Shown here piece by piece: positions 41,085 to 49,957 of a stretch of 62,069 nucleotides of DNA. The number at the start of each line of letters is the position of its first letter. The stretch's first letter is position 1. The stretch comes from Acidobacteriota bacterium (GTDB lineage Bacteria > Patescibacteriota > Saccharimonadia > Saccharimonadales > Saccharimonadaceae). The notes below the pieces were generated by a model, which was not told the origin of the DNA, ran no database searches, and saw nothing but the letters and a program-made list of their open reading frames with translations. Both the position numbers and the translations under genes were made by a program. The DNA lies in assembly GCA_050258515.1 (NCBI GenBank), contig JBLMYW010000027.1, positions 1 through 62,069 of the forward strand, in the 5' to 3' direction.

Positions 41085-42461
41085 ATGGCTAAAAAACACT
41101 CATTCGACTATGACCTCATCGTTATCGGCAGCGGCGCCGGCGGTTCGGCGGCGGCTACTATTGCTAGCCGCGAAGGCAAAAAGGTTGCCATCATAGAGGA
41201 AGACACCTTTGGCGGCGACTCGCCCAACTATAGCGACGTACCGACGAAAGCGCTACTACACGCCGCCCAGCTATACGACGAAGCCCGCCATGGTGCCCGC
41301 TTTGGCCTGCGCTCTAATACCCTAGGCTATAATTACCCTAGCCTTCGCGCCTGGAAAGACCTAGCCGTCAAGCGCACCGGTGCCGCCGGCAACCGTAAAT
41401 TCTACGAATCACAAGGCATCGATACCATCGAGGGCAGGGCGCATTTTCTCTCGCCTCACGAAGTTTCTGTTAATCGCAAACACATCTCAGCTAGCCATTT
41501 TTTGGTCGCCACCGGCTCTACGTGGGTCGCACCGGATATTCCGGGGATCGATAAAGTTCCCTACCTCACCCCGCGTACCGTGCTCGAGTCTATCCGCCCG
41601 CCAAAAAGTATCTACATTATTGGTGCCGGTACTATAGGTGTAGAAATTGCCCAGCTACTGGCCATTTTTGGCACGAAGGTGTACTTGGCTGAAGTAGCCG
41701 CACGAATTTTACCGAAAGAGGAAGAGGAGGTCGGCGAACTATTCGAGCGCACCCTCCGCGAAGGAAAAGGCGTGACCTGCCTGACCGGCACGCGTACCGT
41801 TGCTGCAGTAAAAGATGGCCTGGGCTACCGCGTGTCGTTCCTGCGCGGCGGGGCAGAGAAATCCGTGCGAGTAGACGAAATACTCGTAGCGACTGGTCGC
41901 ATGCCGGCCGTCGACCTAGGGCTCGAAAACGCAAGCGTGCAGTACGACCCGACGGGCATTAAAGCCAACGAATTTTTGCAAACCACCGCCCGCCATATCT
42001 ATGCTGCCGGCGATGTATTAGGCCATTCTAGCCACACCCACACGGCGCTACTGGAAAGCCGCATTGCCGCCCATAATTTGTTCCATAAAACCCAGCTGAG
42101 CCCCGACTATACCGCGACGCCGCGCCTGACATTTACGCACCCTGGCATTGCTACCGTAGGGCTTACCGAAGACGACTGTATTAAACGCGACCTACATGTT
42201 GCTACGGCATTAGCACCACTGAACATCGTGGCGCGCTCTAATACTAGCGACTTCCGCGACGGCTTTGTAAAGCTGGTCGCAAATAAAAGCGGCGTCCTGC
42301 TGGGTGCTACTGTAGTTGCACCCCATGCCGCTGAAATTGTCCACGAACTAGCCCTTGCCATAAAATACGGCATGACCGCCCGCCAAGTAGCCGAGACTCC
42401 GCATGCGTTCCTTAGCTGGAGCGAGGCGGTACGCGTTGCTGCAGGCAAGTTAGTAAAGTAA
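41085..42461 (+). CDS. Pyridine nucleotide-disulfide oxidoreductase family flavoprotein (Lpd-like, redox Cys absent)
   Basis: YDLIVIGSGAGG, IIGAGTIGVE, ATGRMP and IYAAGDV motifs; GGDSPNYSDVPTK in place of GGTCxxxGCIPSK. Confidence 0.9.
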   Translation: MAKKHSFDYDLIVIGSGAGGSAAATIASREGKKVAIIEEDTFGGDSPNYSDVPTKALLHAAQLYDEARHGARFGLRSNTLGYNYPSLRAWKDLAVKRTGAAGNRKFYESQGIDTIEGRAHFLSPHEVSVNRKHISASHFLVATGSTWVAPDIPGIDKVPYLTPRTVLESIRPPKSIYIIGAGTIGVEIAQLLAIFGTKVYLAEVAARILPKEEEEVGELFERTLREGKGVTCLTGTRTVAAVKDGLGYRVSFLRGGAEKSVRVDEILVATGRMPAVDLGLENASVQYDPTGIKANEFLQTTARHIYAAGDVLGHSSHTHTALLESRIAAHNLFHKTQLSPDYTATPRLTFTHPGIATVGLTEDDCIKRDLHVATALAPLNIVARSNTSDFRDGFVKLVANKSGVLLGATVVAPHAAEIVHELALAIKYGMTARQVAETPHAFLSWSEAVRVAAGKLVK

Positions 42462-43652
42462 TTTACCTGCCGTAGCAAGGATACGCAAATGCGCAGCGGC
42501 AGAGGTGCGCCCGGCCCCGCGCATCGCCTGATCAATCAATGCCGTAGTGAATAGCGGTATGTCCGCATTGGGTATATAGAGCTGCGCGCCTTCACTGCTC
42601 GCTACCGTATCATACTTGCCATATACCTGCCGAAAGGTGATGCCATCTGGCGATGAAGTAAGGCAAAGGCGTGTCGGTGACTGGGGCTGCACTCCATACC
42701 ACTGCACGCTATGATCGTATGTATCCTGCAGTGCGTCCGCGAGCTTCAATGCCTGCTCGCGCCCATTACCATGTCCTGCATCACCAAAGTTACCCAGATA
42801 GTGCTGACCGCTCCCTGCTCGTGTAGTCGCATCGTTAATTATGCGGACAATCAGCGCTTCGCGCTGGGCTTTATCGGGTAGCAATAGTACGTGTAGCAGC
42901 ACGTCTTTCATAATATCGGGCTCCGTAGAGTGGTATGCCGCTAAGTACTCTGGGCGCGGTGTCGATGGGTAAAAATCAAGCGGCTGGCCATCTGGATCCA
43001 CAGGCACACCATCCGGCCTAGGACGTAACGCTATCCTAAAGTCGCCATGAAAATCAGCACCAACGTATACATCCTGGGTCTCGCCACCACTTGCTAGCGA
43101 AAAACTAGGCTGCGCCATATCAAGTGTAGTGATATGCGAACCTGCCTGCTCACGCTGCAAGCAAGTAGCAAGTGCGGCACCCGCAAAACGGCATGTATCT
43201 AGCGTCGCTTGGCCCTGCTGATCCAGCACCACATCTGGGTCTACGCGCAGTAGTTCTAGTGCTGCCGCACCACTCAACACTAACCGGCTCACATAGGTTT
43301 CCGGTAAATGAGTGACGACGTTTGGGCCGTCAAATAGGCCGTCGGAGGCGACAGAAATACTACCACTTGGGCGTTCTGGTGTCGGTTCGTTATCATCTCG
43401 TAAGTTGGCGCTGTGCACTGAACGAATCTGATCGGCAAGGGGGAAGCGCGGTAGCAACTCGCTGCAAAAATGCTGATAGTGTTCAGTAAAATCATCTTCG
43501 CTATATCCATGGCTCATCGCCCACTCAAGCGGAGAATCAAAATCATAGCTAGTCTTCTCCATTATCTTTTTAATAGCCTGTCGAAGCGGCTTATCTGCCG
43601 TTAGGCGCTGCTCGCCGGTTGCCGTAAGAGAAAGTGGGCTGTATTCTAGCAT
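42450..43652 (-). CDS. Hypothetical protein
   Basis: 400-aa open frame with TATAAT just upstream; no recognised motif. Confidence 0.65.
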   Translation of the reverse strand: MLEYSPLSLTATGEQRLTADKPLRQAIKKIMEKTSYDFDSPLEWAMSHGYSEDDFTEHYQHFCSELLPRFPLADQIRSVHSANLRDDNEPTPERPSGSISVASDGLFDGPNVVTHLPETYVSRLVLSGAAALELLRVDPDVVLDQQGQATLDTCRFAGAALATCLQREQAGSHITTLDMAQPSFSLASGGETQDVYVGADFHGDFRIALRPRPDGVPVDPDGQPLDFYPSTPRPEYLAAYHSTEPDIMKDVLLHVLLLPDKAQREALIVRIINDATTRAGSGQHYLGNFGDAGHGNGREQALKLADALQDTYDHSVQWYGVQPQSPTRLCLTSSPDGITFRQVYGKYDTVASSEGAQLYIPNADIPLFTTALIDQAMRGAGRTSAAAHLRILATAGKLLY

Positions 43653-43874
43653 GGTGTGCTGATTATAACACTGTATACACTTGCCGTGAAAGCATGAAGT
43701 AGGTTTTTATGGATGAGGTTTGCCAGGCCAATACTGGCGGGGGCAGGATTATCGGCAACAAGTTGCCTCCTCCGTTCGTTCACGAAAAAATGTAAACACT
43801 TTTTCGCTCCACTCTCTCCGCGAACCTGCGACTATTTTTGCTTCGCAACAGGTCGCAGGTTCAATCGGCACCAA

Positions 43875-43920
43875 AACCAAGAAAATACCCCCATCTTTCG
43901 ATGAGGGAATTTTCTTGGTT
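43875..43920 (-). terminator. Original tRNA-Met terminator, now separated from the tRNA by the island
   Basis: AACCAAGAAAAT-acccccatctttcgatgaggga-ATTTTCTTGGTT hairpin abutting the att core. Confidence 0.7.
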
Positions 43921-43922
43921 GC
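43911..43922. repeat. att core, left copy
   Basis: TTTCTTGGTTGC, identical to 52544-52555. Confidence 0.85.
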
Positions 43923-44036
43923 CCAAGTGGCTCTGCATTGGAACCAAATCTGTTCAGAAATATTACGATGGAAGCAGCTAACAGAGACAAGACCAGTGGT
44001 TACATAGACACCCGTACAAGATTAATGTTCTACATG

Positions 44037-44834
44037 TTACTTGTAGAAGTCTATTGAAACCTTTTTATTCATTTCGGTCGTAAAGCCATTCCAATTTCCC
44101 TGAATTTCAATAGGCAATGTAGTTGGCCAATTAATATCACTTTTCGCATGATCAGGCCATAATTCTCGTAATAGGTGTGGTTCTTTAGGATGTAGAAATA
44201 CATAACCCTCATTTATATCGGTGCCGAGCATATAGAAGTAAACATGACCAACCACTAGTGCAGCCGAAAACACCTTTTTGCCAGAGTTTTGAGCGATACT
44301 CATGACGTATTTATCAAGTGGCTTGCATTGCACCTTAGTCGGTTGCTGAACGACATAACCAGCCGCATGCTTGCCACCAACGCCGTATGCCTCTTCACGA
44401 AATCCCAAGTAAACGGTTAATTCTGGCAACAAAGCGTGGATGTCAAATAAGCGTCGAGGGATCGTTGGCGGGATGTGATTAGTGTTATCGGAGTTAGCGT
44501 ACTCAAGGACAATTAATGTTTTTACAGCCCAGCGGGCTAATATCGACTGCTCTTCAAGATTTAATGTTTTACCAACACCAGGCCCCGTAATCATTGGTCC
44601 CAAGATCTTCGCCGCTTCAGCCTCGACCTGCGCCATCCATCCACTGTTACATGATTCACACACAATACGTGCCGTCTGATCAAATGCCTTAGCGACAAAC
44701 TGAATGGAATCACCATTTGCTTTTTCTATAACATGCAGGCCACCAGCCATCTCTCCCCAATAACCCTGAAGCCATTTAGGAAGGATATGTTCTTTTGTAA
44801 GATTTGTTTTGCCACAAAAAATGCACGATCTCAT
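44037..44834 (-). CDS. HNH-like nuclease domain protein
   Basis: CIFC....TKEHILPKW...VCESCNSGWM. Confidence 0.75.
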   Translation of the reverse strand: MRSCIFCGKTNLTKEHILPKWLQGYWGEMAGGLHVIEKANGDSIQFVAKAFDQTARIVCESCNSGWMAQVEAEAAKILGPMITGPGVGKTLNLEEQSILARWAVKTLIVLEYANSDNTNHIPPTIPRRLFDIHALLPELTVYLGFREEAYGVGGKHAAGYVVQQPTKVQCKPLDKYVMSIAQNSGKKVFSAALVVGHVYFYMLGTDINEGYVFLHPKEPHLLRELWPDHAKSDINWPTTLPIEIQGNWNGFTTEMNKKVSIDFYK

Positions 44835-45011
44835 TACAGATAATTATGCCTCACATTTCGAATACTTAACATACTGGAGCAAACGACCAGTAGCATTTCA
44901 ATATCACAACAATGATTTCATAAAGAACTCTGTAAAGTGGATAGTACACGTCCATAATAACGGGTAAGGGTTTTATGTCTCAAAACGTAAAATTAATGTA
45001 TAATTTATGAT

Positions 45012-45461
45012 ATGAAAACGTCAATTATGCACGTCGCAAGGAAGCTAATTGACCTCTCGAGTGCCCCTATCACACCCCTGAAACTGCAGAAACTTACATA
45101 TTACTGTCAGGCTTGGTCATTAGTTTGGGAAGAGAGGCCTCTTTTCGATGAAGAATTTCAAGCATGGGCAAACGGCCCAGTGAACCAGGAGCTATTTGCC
45201 AAGCACAAAGGTAAATATATACTTGAAGATAATTTTCTTGCCGAATATTCTAATTACGACTTTAATGATGCCGATATGCACACTATTCAAACTGTGCTGA
45301 ACTTTTATGGCGACAAAGAGCCTTTCTTCCTTAGTGAACTCACACACAAGGAACGTCCGTGGAAAGAGGCTCGTGGAGACACCCCACTCGGGGCTCCATC
45401 AACTTCAGTTATAAGCCTCGATTCAATGCGTGAGTACTATACCGAAATCTCAACACGATAA
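45012..45461 (+). CDS. Panacea-domain (DUF4065/SocA-like) antitoxin
   Basis: ITPLKLQKLTYYCQAW, LFDEEFQAWANGPV and LSELTHKERPW motifs. Confidence 0.9.
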   Translation: MKTSIMHVARKLIDLSSAPITPLKLQKLTYYCQAWSLVWEERPLFDEEFQAWANGPVNQELFAKHKGKYILEDNFLAEYSNYDFNDADMHTIQTVLNFYGDKEPFFLSELTHKERPWKEARGDTPLGAPSTSVISLDSMREYYTEISTR

Positions 45462-45467
45462 AACAAG

Positions 45468-45980
45468 ATGTCCACCACCAAGATCCCAAAAATTTCAGAG
45501 AGTATCTCAGGTAATAAACAGCCTGTCGCCAAAGAAGCTTCGGATAGCTACTTTCATAAGGCACCTTCCTGGAGATTCTCTAAAGCAGATCACGAACATT
45601 CAAAGTGGTCAGTACTTGATAGCCACGAGGATATAGTCTACGATCCCAACGATCCAAAAGACACCTTAATACTACACACATTTTCAAAATCTGTTGATGC
45701 GTCATTACTTGAGTCATTAAAAAGCAGAGAGACTATGACTTGGGGTGCTTTACTTACCCAAAGTGGAGGCAGAAAACATGGAACAAACAGCCATCATATC
45801 CCCATGCATAAATTGATAAAAGAAGCACAAGGCAGAGCTACCGAATTAGGCATTTACGAGGATGAGCTACTCTCTCTTCGACTAGACGGCACCCATCGAG
45901 TTTTCGGTATCCTTACAGATGGTGTCTTGGACATCATCTGGTTTGACCGTGACCACGAAATCTGCCCCGTGAATAAATAA
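45468..45980 (+). CDS. Putative toxin partner of the Panacea antitoxin
   Basis: 6 nt downstream of the antitoxin; SLRLDGTHRVFG....LDIIWFDRDH C-terminus resembling RelE-like RNase folds. Confidence 0.65.
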   Translation: MSTTKIPKISESISGNKQPVAKEASDSYFHKAPSWRFSKADHEHSKWSVLDSHEDIVYDPNDPKDTLILHTFSKSVDASLLESLKSRETMTWGALLTQSGGRKHGTNSHHIPMHKLIKEAQGRATELGIYEDELLSLRLDGTHRVFGILTDGVLDIIWFDRDHEICPVNK

Positions 45981-46071
45981 TTAAGGATAGTTAGAATTCA
46001 AGACATACTCCCTGGAATCACTAGATACTATCATTGTATAATCCTATACAGGTATCACTGAAGTTGATATC

Positions 46072-46223
46072 TAGTAGCATATAATCGACTTTGCGTGGAA
46101 TTCCTTCCACGATCAATAAAAATGTTTCTCCCATACGCCCTCACGTTTCTTCGCTGGGTTTTCGTATGTTCATCACTATCCAATTGACAATGGGTTTGCG
46201 ATAGGAAGGGTTACATGCTACTA
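46072..46223 (+). ncRNA. Retron msr-msd ncRNA candidate
   Basis: Terminal inverted repeats TAGTAGCATATAATC (46072-46086) and GGTTACATGCTACTA (46209-46223); unpaired G at 46087; internal hairpins; ends 1 nt before the RT ATG. Confidence 0.75.
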
Positions 46224-46224
46224 A

Positions 46225-47817
46225 ATGGCAGCTTCAAAACGCCCGTTATTAGAGTGTCAAAACCGTGAACAATTAGCGGAATTGCTTGAGGTGGACATAT
46301 CGACATTAACTTATTTTGCATATGGTGGCGGCAGAAAATATAAGTCATTCAGTATACCTAAAAAGAGTGGCGGTGTTAGACGAATCTCAGCTCCTGTCGG
46401 TGGCCTAAAAGAGATACAAAGAAAGCTAGCCAGTCATCTGACAGAAATCTACCCAAACCCCGTATACGTGCATGGATTCATTGCACATCGATCAGTCGTC
46501 ACAAACGCAACACCCCACCTCAATAAAAAGCATGTATTCAATATAGACTTGAAGGACTACTTTCCTAGCATCACGAGCAATCGCATTATAGGGCTACTAC
46601 GATCTAAGCCTTTTAATTTCAATGATCAGGTTGCTTCAACGATTGCTGGACTAACCTGTTCTGAAGGGTCATTACCACAAGGTGCTCCGACATCGCCTAT
46701 TCTTGCCAATATGATAGCTCTAAGAATGGACAAGGCATTGCGCAAGCTATGCAAGCGTGACCATGTATCTTACTCGAGATATGCAGATGATTTAACATTC
46801 TCTTCAAGCAGATCTCTTCCGAAATCTATATTATTGATTGATGAAGATACGGGTGCTGTTCTAGTTGGGGACGAGTTACGTGAAATTATTACCGATAACT
46901 ACTTCAAAATAAATCCCGCCAAAACAAGACTTAGTCGCAATGGACAAGCGAAGTACGTTACTGGAGTTAAGGTTAATGCTAGTCCAAACCTATCACGCAA
47001 GTACATTCGCCAAATTAAGAATATGCTCCACGCATGGGAAAAGTGGGGCACCGACAGAGCGCAACAAGAATTCAAGGACAAGTTTGGTGGTGAGAATAGG
47101 AAGTTTCAAAACGTACTCTGGGGTAAAATTGCCTATCTAAAAAGTATAAAAGGTAATAATGACCTTACGTATGCCAAGCTATATAACAAATTCGTTGAGC
47201 TTGAGGGAGAAGGCAAACCACAAATACCTATTACAGAGCTCGAACGGTTACACGGAATGGTCTATGTAATTAAATCAGATGCCGAGCAAGGTACAGCATT
47301 CCTGTTGAATAGCAGATGGTTTTTAACATGTGGTCATGTTGTGGCTAGTGATAGTACTGAAAATTTCTATTTCCCCTACGATAGATGGTCACCCTATGAT
47401 CGAAAGAGATTCACGGCAATTGACGAAACTCGCTCCTCTAAAGATGAATTCGACATAATTACGCTATCTTTTGACTCAGAAGATGAACGTATGGTAAATA
47501 ATTCTTTCGAGCTCGCGCCTGATAATTTTCAGGTGGAAGTAAACATGGAATTTAGAGTAGTTGGATTCCCTGCTTATCGCTCGGGCTTTAAGCCGCACGT
47601 ATTACCTGTAAAAGTGGTTGCAATTAACCAGAATGGCTCATATATGCATGCGTATGTAGATCAAAAACTCTCTGGAGGTCTAAGTGGCAGTCCTGTAATC
47701 GATAGTAATAACCGTCTTGTTGGAGTCGTACAAAGAGGAGAAGAAGCAACCACTCTCGACAACACATTCTTGCCGATACAAGAACTTAGAAAATACATTT
47801 CTTCACTAGAAACCTAG
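46225..47817 (+). CDS. Retron-type reverse transcriptase fused to a C-terminal trypsin-like serine protease
   Basis: IPKKSGGVRRI, NATPH (NAxxH), DLKDYFPSI, LPQGAPTSP, YADD and VTG; protease motifs LTCGHV, FDI and GLSGSPV. Confidence 0.93.
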   Translation: MAASKRPLLECQNREQLAELLEVDISTLTYFAYGGGRKYKSFSIPKKSGGVRRISAPVGGLKEIQRKLASHLTEIYPNPVYVHGFIAHRSVVTNATPHLNKKHVFNIDLKDYFPSITSNRIIGLLRSKPFNFNDQVASTIAGLTCSEGSLPQGAPTSPILANMIALRMDKALRKLCKRDHVSYSRYADDLTFSSSRSLPKSILLIDEDTGAVLVGDELREIITDNYFKINPAKTRLSRNGQAKYVTGVKVNASPNLSRKYIRQIKNMLHAWEKWGTDRAQQEFKDKFGGENRKFQNVLWGKIAYLKSIKGNNDLTYAKLYNKFVELEGEGKPQIPITELERLHGMVYVIKSDAEQGTAFLLNSRWFLTCGHVVASDSTENFYFPYDRWSPYDRKRFTAIDETRSSKDEFDIITLSFDSEDERMVNNSFELAPDNFQVEVNMEFRVVGFPAYRSGFKPHVLPVKVVAINQNGSYMHAYVDQKLSGGLSGSPVIDSNNRLVGVVQRGEEATTLDNTFLPIQELRKYISSLET

Positions 47818-48812
47818 AGATCTTCATCAATCAGCTTCAAGAATGCAGTTAGGTGCATGACTGCGATAAGTGAATTTATGTTCGTATATTGTTTTTTAGA
47901 TACTGCATGGGCAGTAGCGTGTCGAGTGTACTGTCGTGGTATATTTTCACTTACTCCATCAGGCCAATATTCTGCATAAGATCCCCATACACCACCAAAG
48001 ACAAGTGCTGCACGCAGTGGATACTCTTTCCAGCTTATCCTTTGTCCGTTTCTATGGTTAGTTAGCTTTAATCTGGAATCATTATCGAAAAGTCGTCTTA
48101 TGACTGAGTCAATAATGTTCGTACTTAGTGCCTGGCTTGATCGCCAATGACCCATCTTAATCGATTCAGCTGCCTCAATAGCAAAAATCTTATATTCATG
48201 TAGCTCCTCTTTCTTCAGAGAGTTTAGCTCCAGTAGACACGAATTGATAATTCCTTTCCTATTGTTGTAGAGGATCTTTCTGCGTTCATTTACAGTGTCT
48301 GCTGCAAACATTTTATCCAGCACGTTGCGGGCAGGAACCCATGCCAAGGGAAGGCCTTCATCCAACAATAGAGTCTCGAGATTTTCTGGCAACAAGAGAG
48401 TCTTGTCACCTCTCCAATTAGGGGGATGGCTCCACTCTACAATTTTTCCAAGGTTTTTCGTAATCTCCGAAAATCGCTCAGCCCACATATCATTTAAAGG
48501 TTTAACTATGTCCTGCAGGAAGTTTGCATGTCCTTTAGTAGCATCCAAAAATACTGAATTGATCGTAGGACTTAATGCTTCTGTCATTGTTTTAGCTAAG
48601 TTAGAAAAAGCTGGAGTAGACAGACCATCAATGGTTGGTACTAGTGTTTTAGAAATTGAACTCATTAACTCTGACGTATGCTTAAGTTCAGGCATAGAGC
48701 TAGCCACTATTCTATTTATCGACTCGGTCAATTGCCGAGTCGCATCAAGCTGTAACTGTGGTATTTTAACGTCAATTATCTCATTTATGCGTTCTTGATC
48801 ACTCTTTTCCAT
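47814..48812 (-). CDS. Hypothetical protein with C-terminal RxxxxH (HEPN-like) motif
   Basis: YTRHATAH in a helical C-terminal domain; converges on the RT gene with a 4-bp overlap of the two stop codons. Confidence 0.6.
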   Translation of the reverse strand: MEKSDQERINEIIDVKIPQLQLDATRQLTESINRIVASSMPELKHTSELMSSISKTLVPTIDGLSTPAFSNLAKTMTEALSPTINSVFLDATKGHANFLQDIVKPLNDMWAERFSEITKNLGKIVEWSHPPNWRGDKTLLLPENLETLLLDEGLPLAWVPARNVLDKMFAADTVNERRKILYNNRKGIINSCLLELNSLKKEELHEYKIFAIEAAESIKMGHWRSSQALSTNIIDSVIRRLFDNDSRLKLTNHRNGQRISWKEYPLRAALVFGGVWGSYAEYWPDGVSENIPRQYTRHATAHAVSKKQYTNINSLIAVMHLTAFLKLIDEDL

Positions 48813-48854
48813 TCGATACCTATAACTCCCTTTGAATAAATTGTATAATACAAA

Positions 48855-48990
48855 TGTCTAAGTCATTGAGTAACGCATTTAAGTTGCGGTGCTTTATGCA
48901 CGGTAAAGCTTTGAAAACGGCACCGTGCAGAAACATTTGAGCTTTACAGCTTGAGTGCGGATCAATGGCTTAGACACCTAGCACGGTGTC
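48855..48990 (+). ncRNA. Structured RNA / leader candidate
   Basis: Nested stems 48855-48869/48962-48976, 48874-48886/48947-48959 and 48897-48904/48922-48929 with G-U pairs; TGTATAAT at 48842-48849. Confidence 0.55.
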
Positions 48991-49024
48991 GTTTTTATTT
49001 CCGACACAGAAATGGATTGATTGT

Positions 49025-49306
49025 ATGAAGCAAACTGAAAAACAAAACAGTGGATGGACATGGATAATGATAGTCATTATCATCCTGGGTGGACTTTACT
49101 TAGTCTCTCGACTACAAAACAGCGATGCGTCATCTCAAGCAGATAAAGTTACCAAGGCTAAGCAAGCATGTCGATGGGATGGACAACGGCAAAGCTGGGA
49201 TGCCCAAGCCATGGCTACATGCGACAAACTGGGAACCCCTGCTTATACAAGTAGCACCAATCATTACTACGAAATGTACAACGCAAAGTTGAAATACGGA
49301 TTATAA
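49025..49306 (+). CDS. Small membrane-anchored protein
   Basis: N-terminal TM helix, Cys pair in the extracellular part. Confidence 0.6.
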   Translation: MKQTEKQNSGWTWIMIVIIILGGLYLVSRLQNSDASSQADKVTKAKQACRWDGQRQSWDAQAMATCDKLGTPAYTSSTNHYYEMYNAKLKYGL

Positions 49307-49309
49307 ACG

Positions 49310-49957
49310 ATGCAGTATGCAACAAATAAGATCATCGATCGTAAAATCCTTATAACAAAATTTGAAATTATGCTCTATGCTCTACCTGATGATTTTTTCG
49401 TCTACGTAGGGACTGGCGGCGAACAACTCTCAAGCTCGTACAAAGTGACTCGTAGTAGAAAAATGTTTAACATTTCGAGTGATCCTAAACGGTATCGACA
49501 GCTAGTTAGTCCTACTGAGATGTATGACATTATAAAACGCCACCTAGAGTACGAAATAAACGCTCTCAAATCACTGGAAAATAGCAATAATGACACAGGT
49601 CAGCACAGCAAAGACCGTCTCAATGAGCTGGAGGAAATGACAAGAATTTTAGAGGATTTGAAGCGTCCTGAAACAAGACTGCAAACATTACATAGACTCC
49701 AACCAAGATGGACACCTAGATCGGACAAAGAGGATGACTTATACGATGAAGCAGTATCTTTTGTTGCTCGAACACAAATTACCGACGTGACATCGATACG
49801 TGATCAGCTATCTATTGGAAGCTCTCATGCAGAGTCAATTGTGCAGCGGCTTGAAGGTGAAGGATTGGTCAGTACGTTAAATAGCAATGCACTGAAAAGA
49901 AGAGTTTTAATCACTACTGATGACCTACGTAAAAGAAAAGAGTCGAGCAAGTCTTAA
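49310..49957 (+). CDS. Protein with C-terminal FtsK gamma (winged-helix) domain
   Basis: DDLYDEAV.FV.......S.IRDQLSIG..HA..IVQRLE.EGLVS......RRVLI. Confidence 0.75.
   Translation: MQYATNKIIDRKILITKFEIMLYALPDDFFVYVGTGGEQLSSSYKVTRSRKMFNISSDPKRYRQLVSPTEMYDIIKRHLEYEINALKSLENSNNDTGQHSKDRLNELEEMTRILEDLKRPETRLQTLHRLQPRWTPRSDKEDDLYDEAVSFVARTQITDVTSIRDQLSIGSSHAESIVQRLEGEGLVSTLNSNALKRRVLITTDDLRKRKESSKS

Noticed and set aside
43720-44007. 95-aa ORF as an independent gene
   Set aside because: It crosses tRNA fragments, a terminator and the att site; only the 3' part is meaningful, as the alternative recombinase tail
46225-47817. RT as a group II intron, DGR or CRISPR-associated RT
   Set aside because: NAxxH and VTG motifs plus the a1/a2-bounded upstream RNA indicate a retron; I saw no intron domain V, TR/VR repeat pair or cas genes
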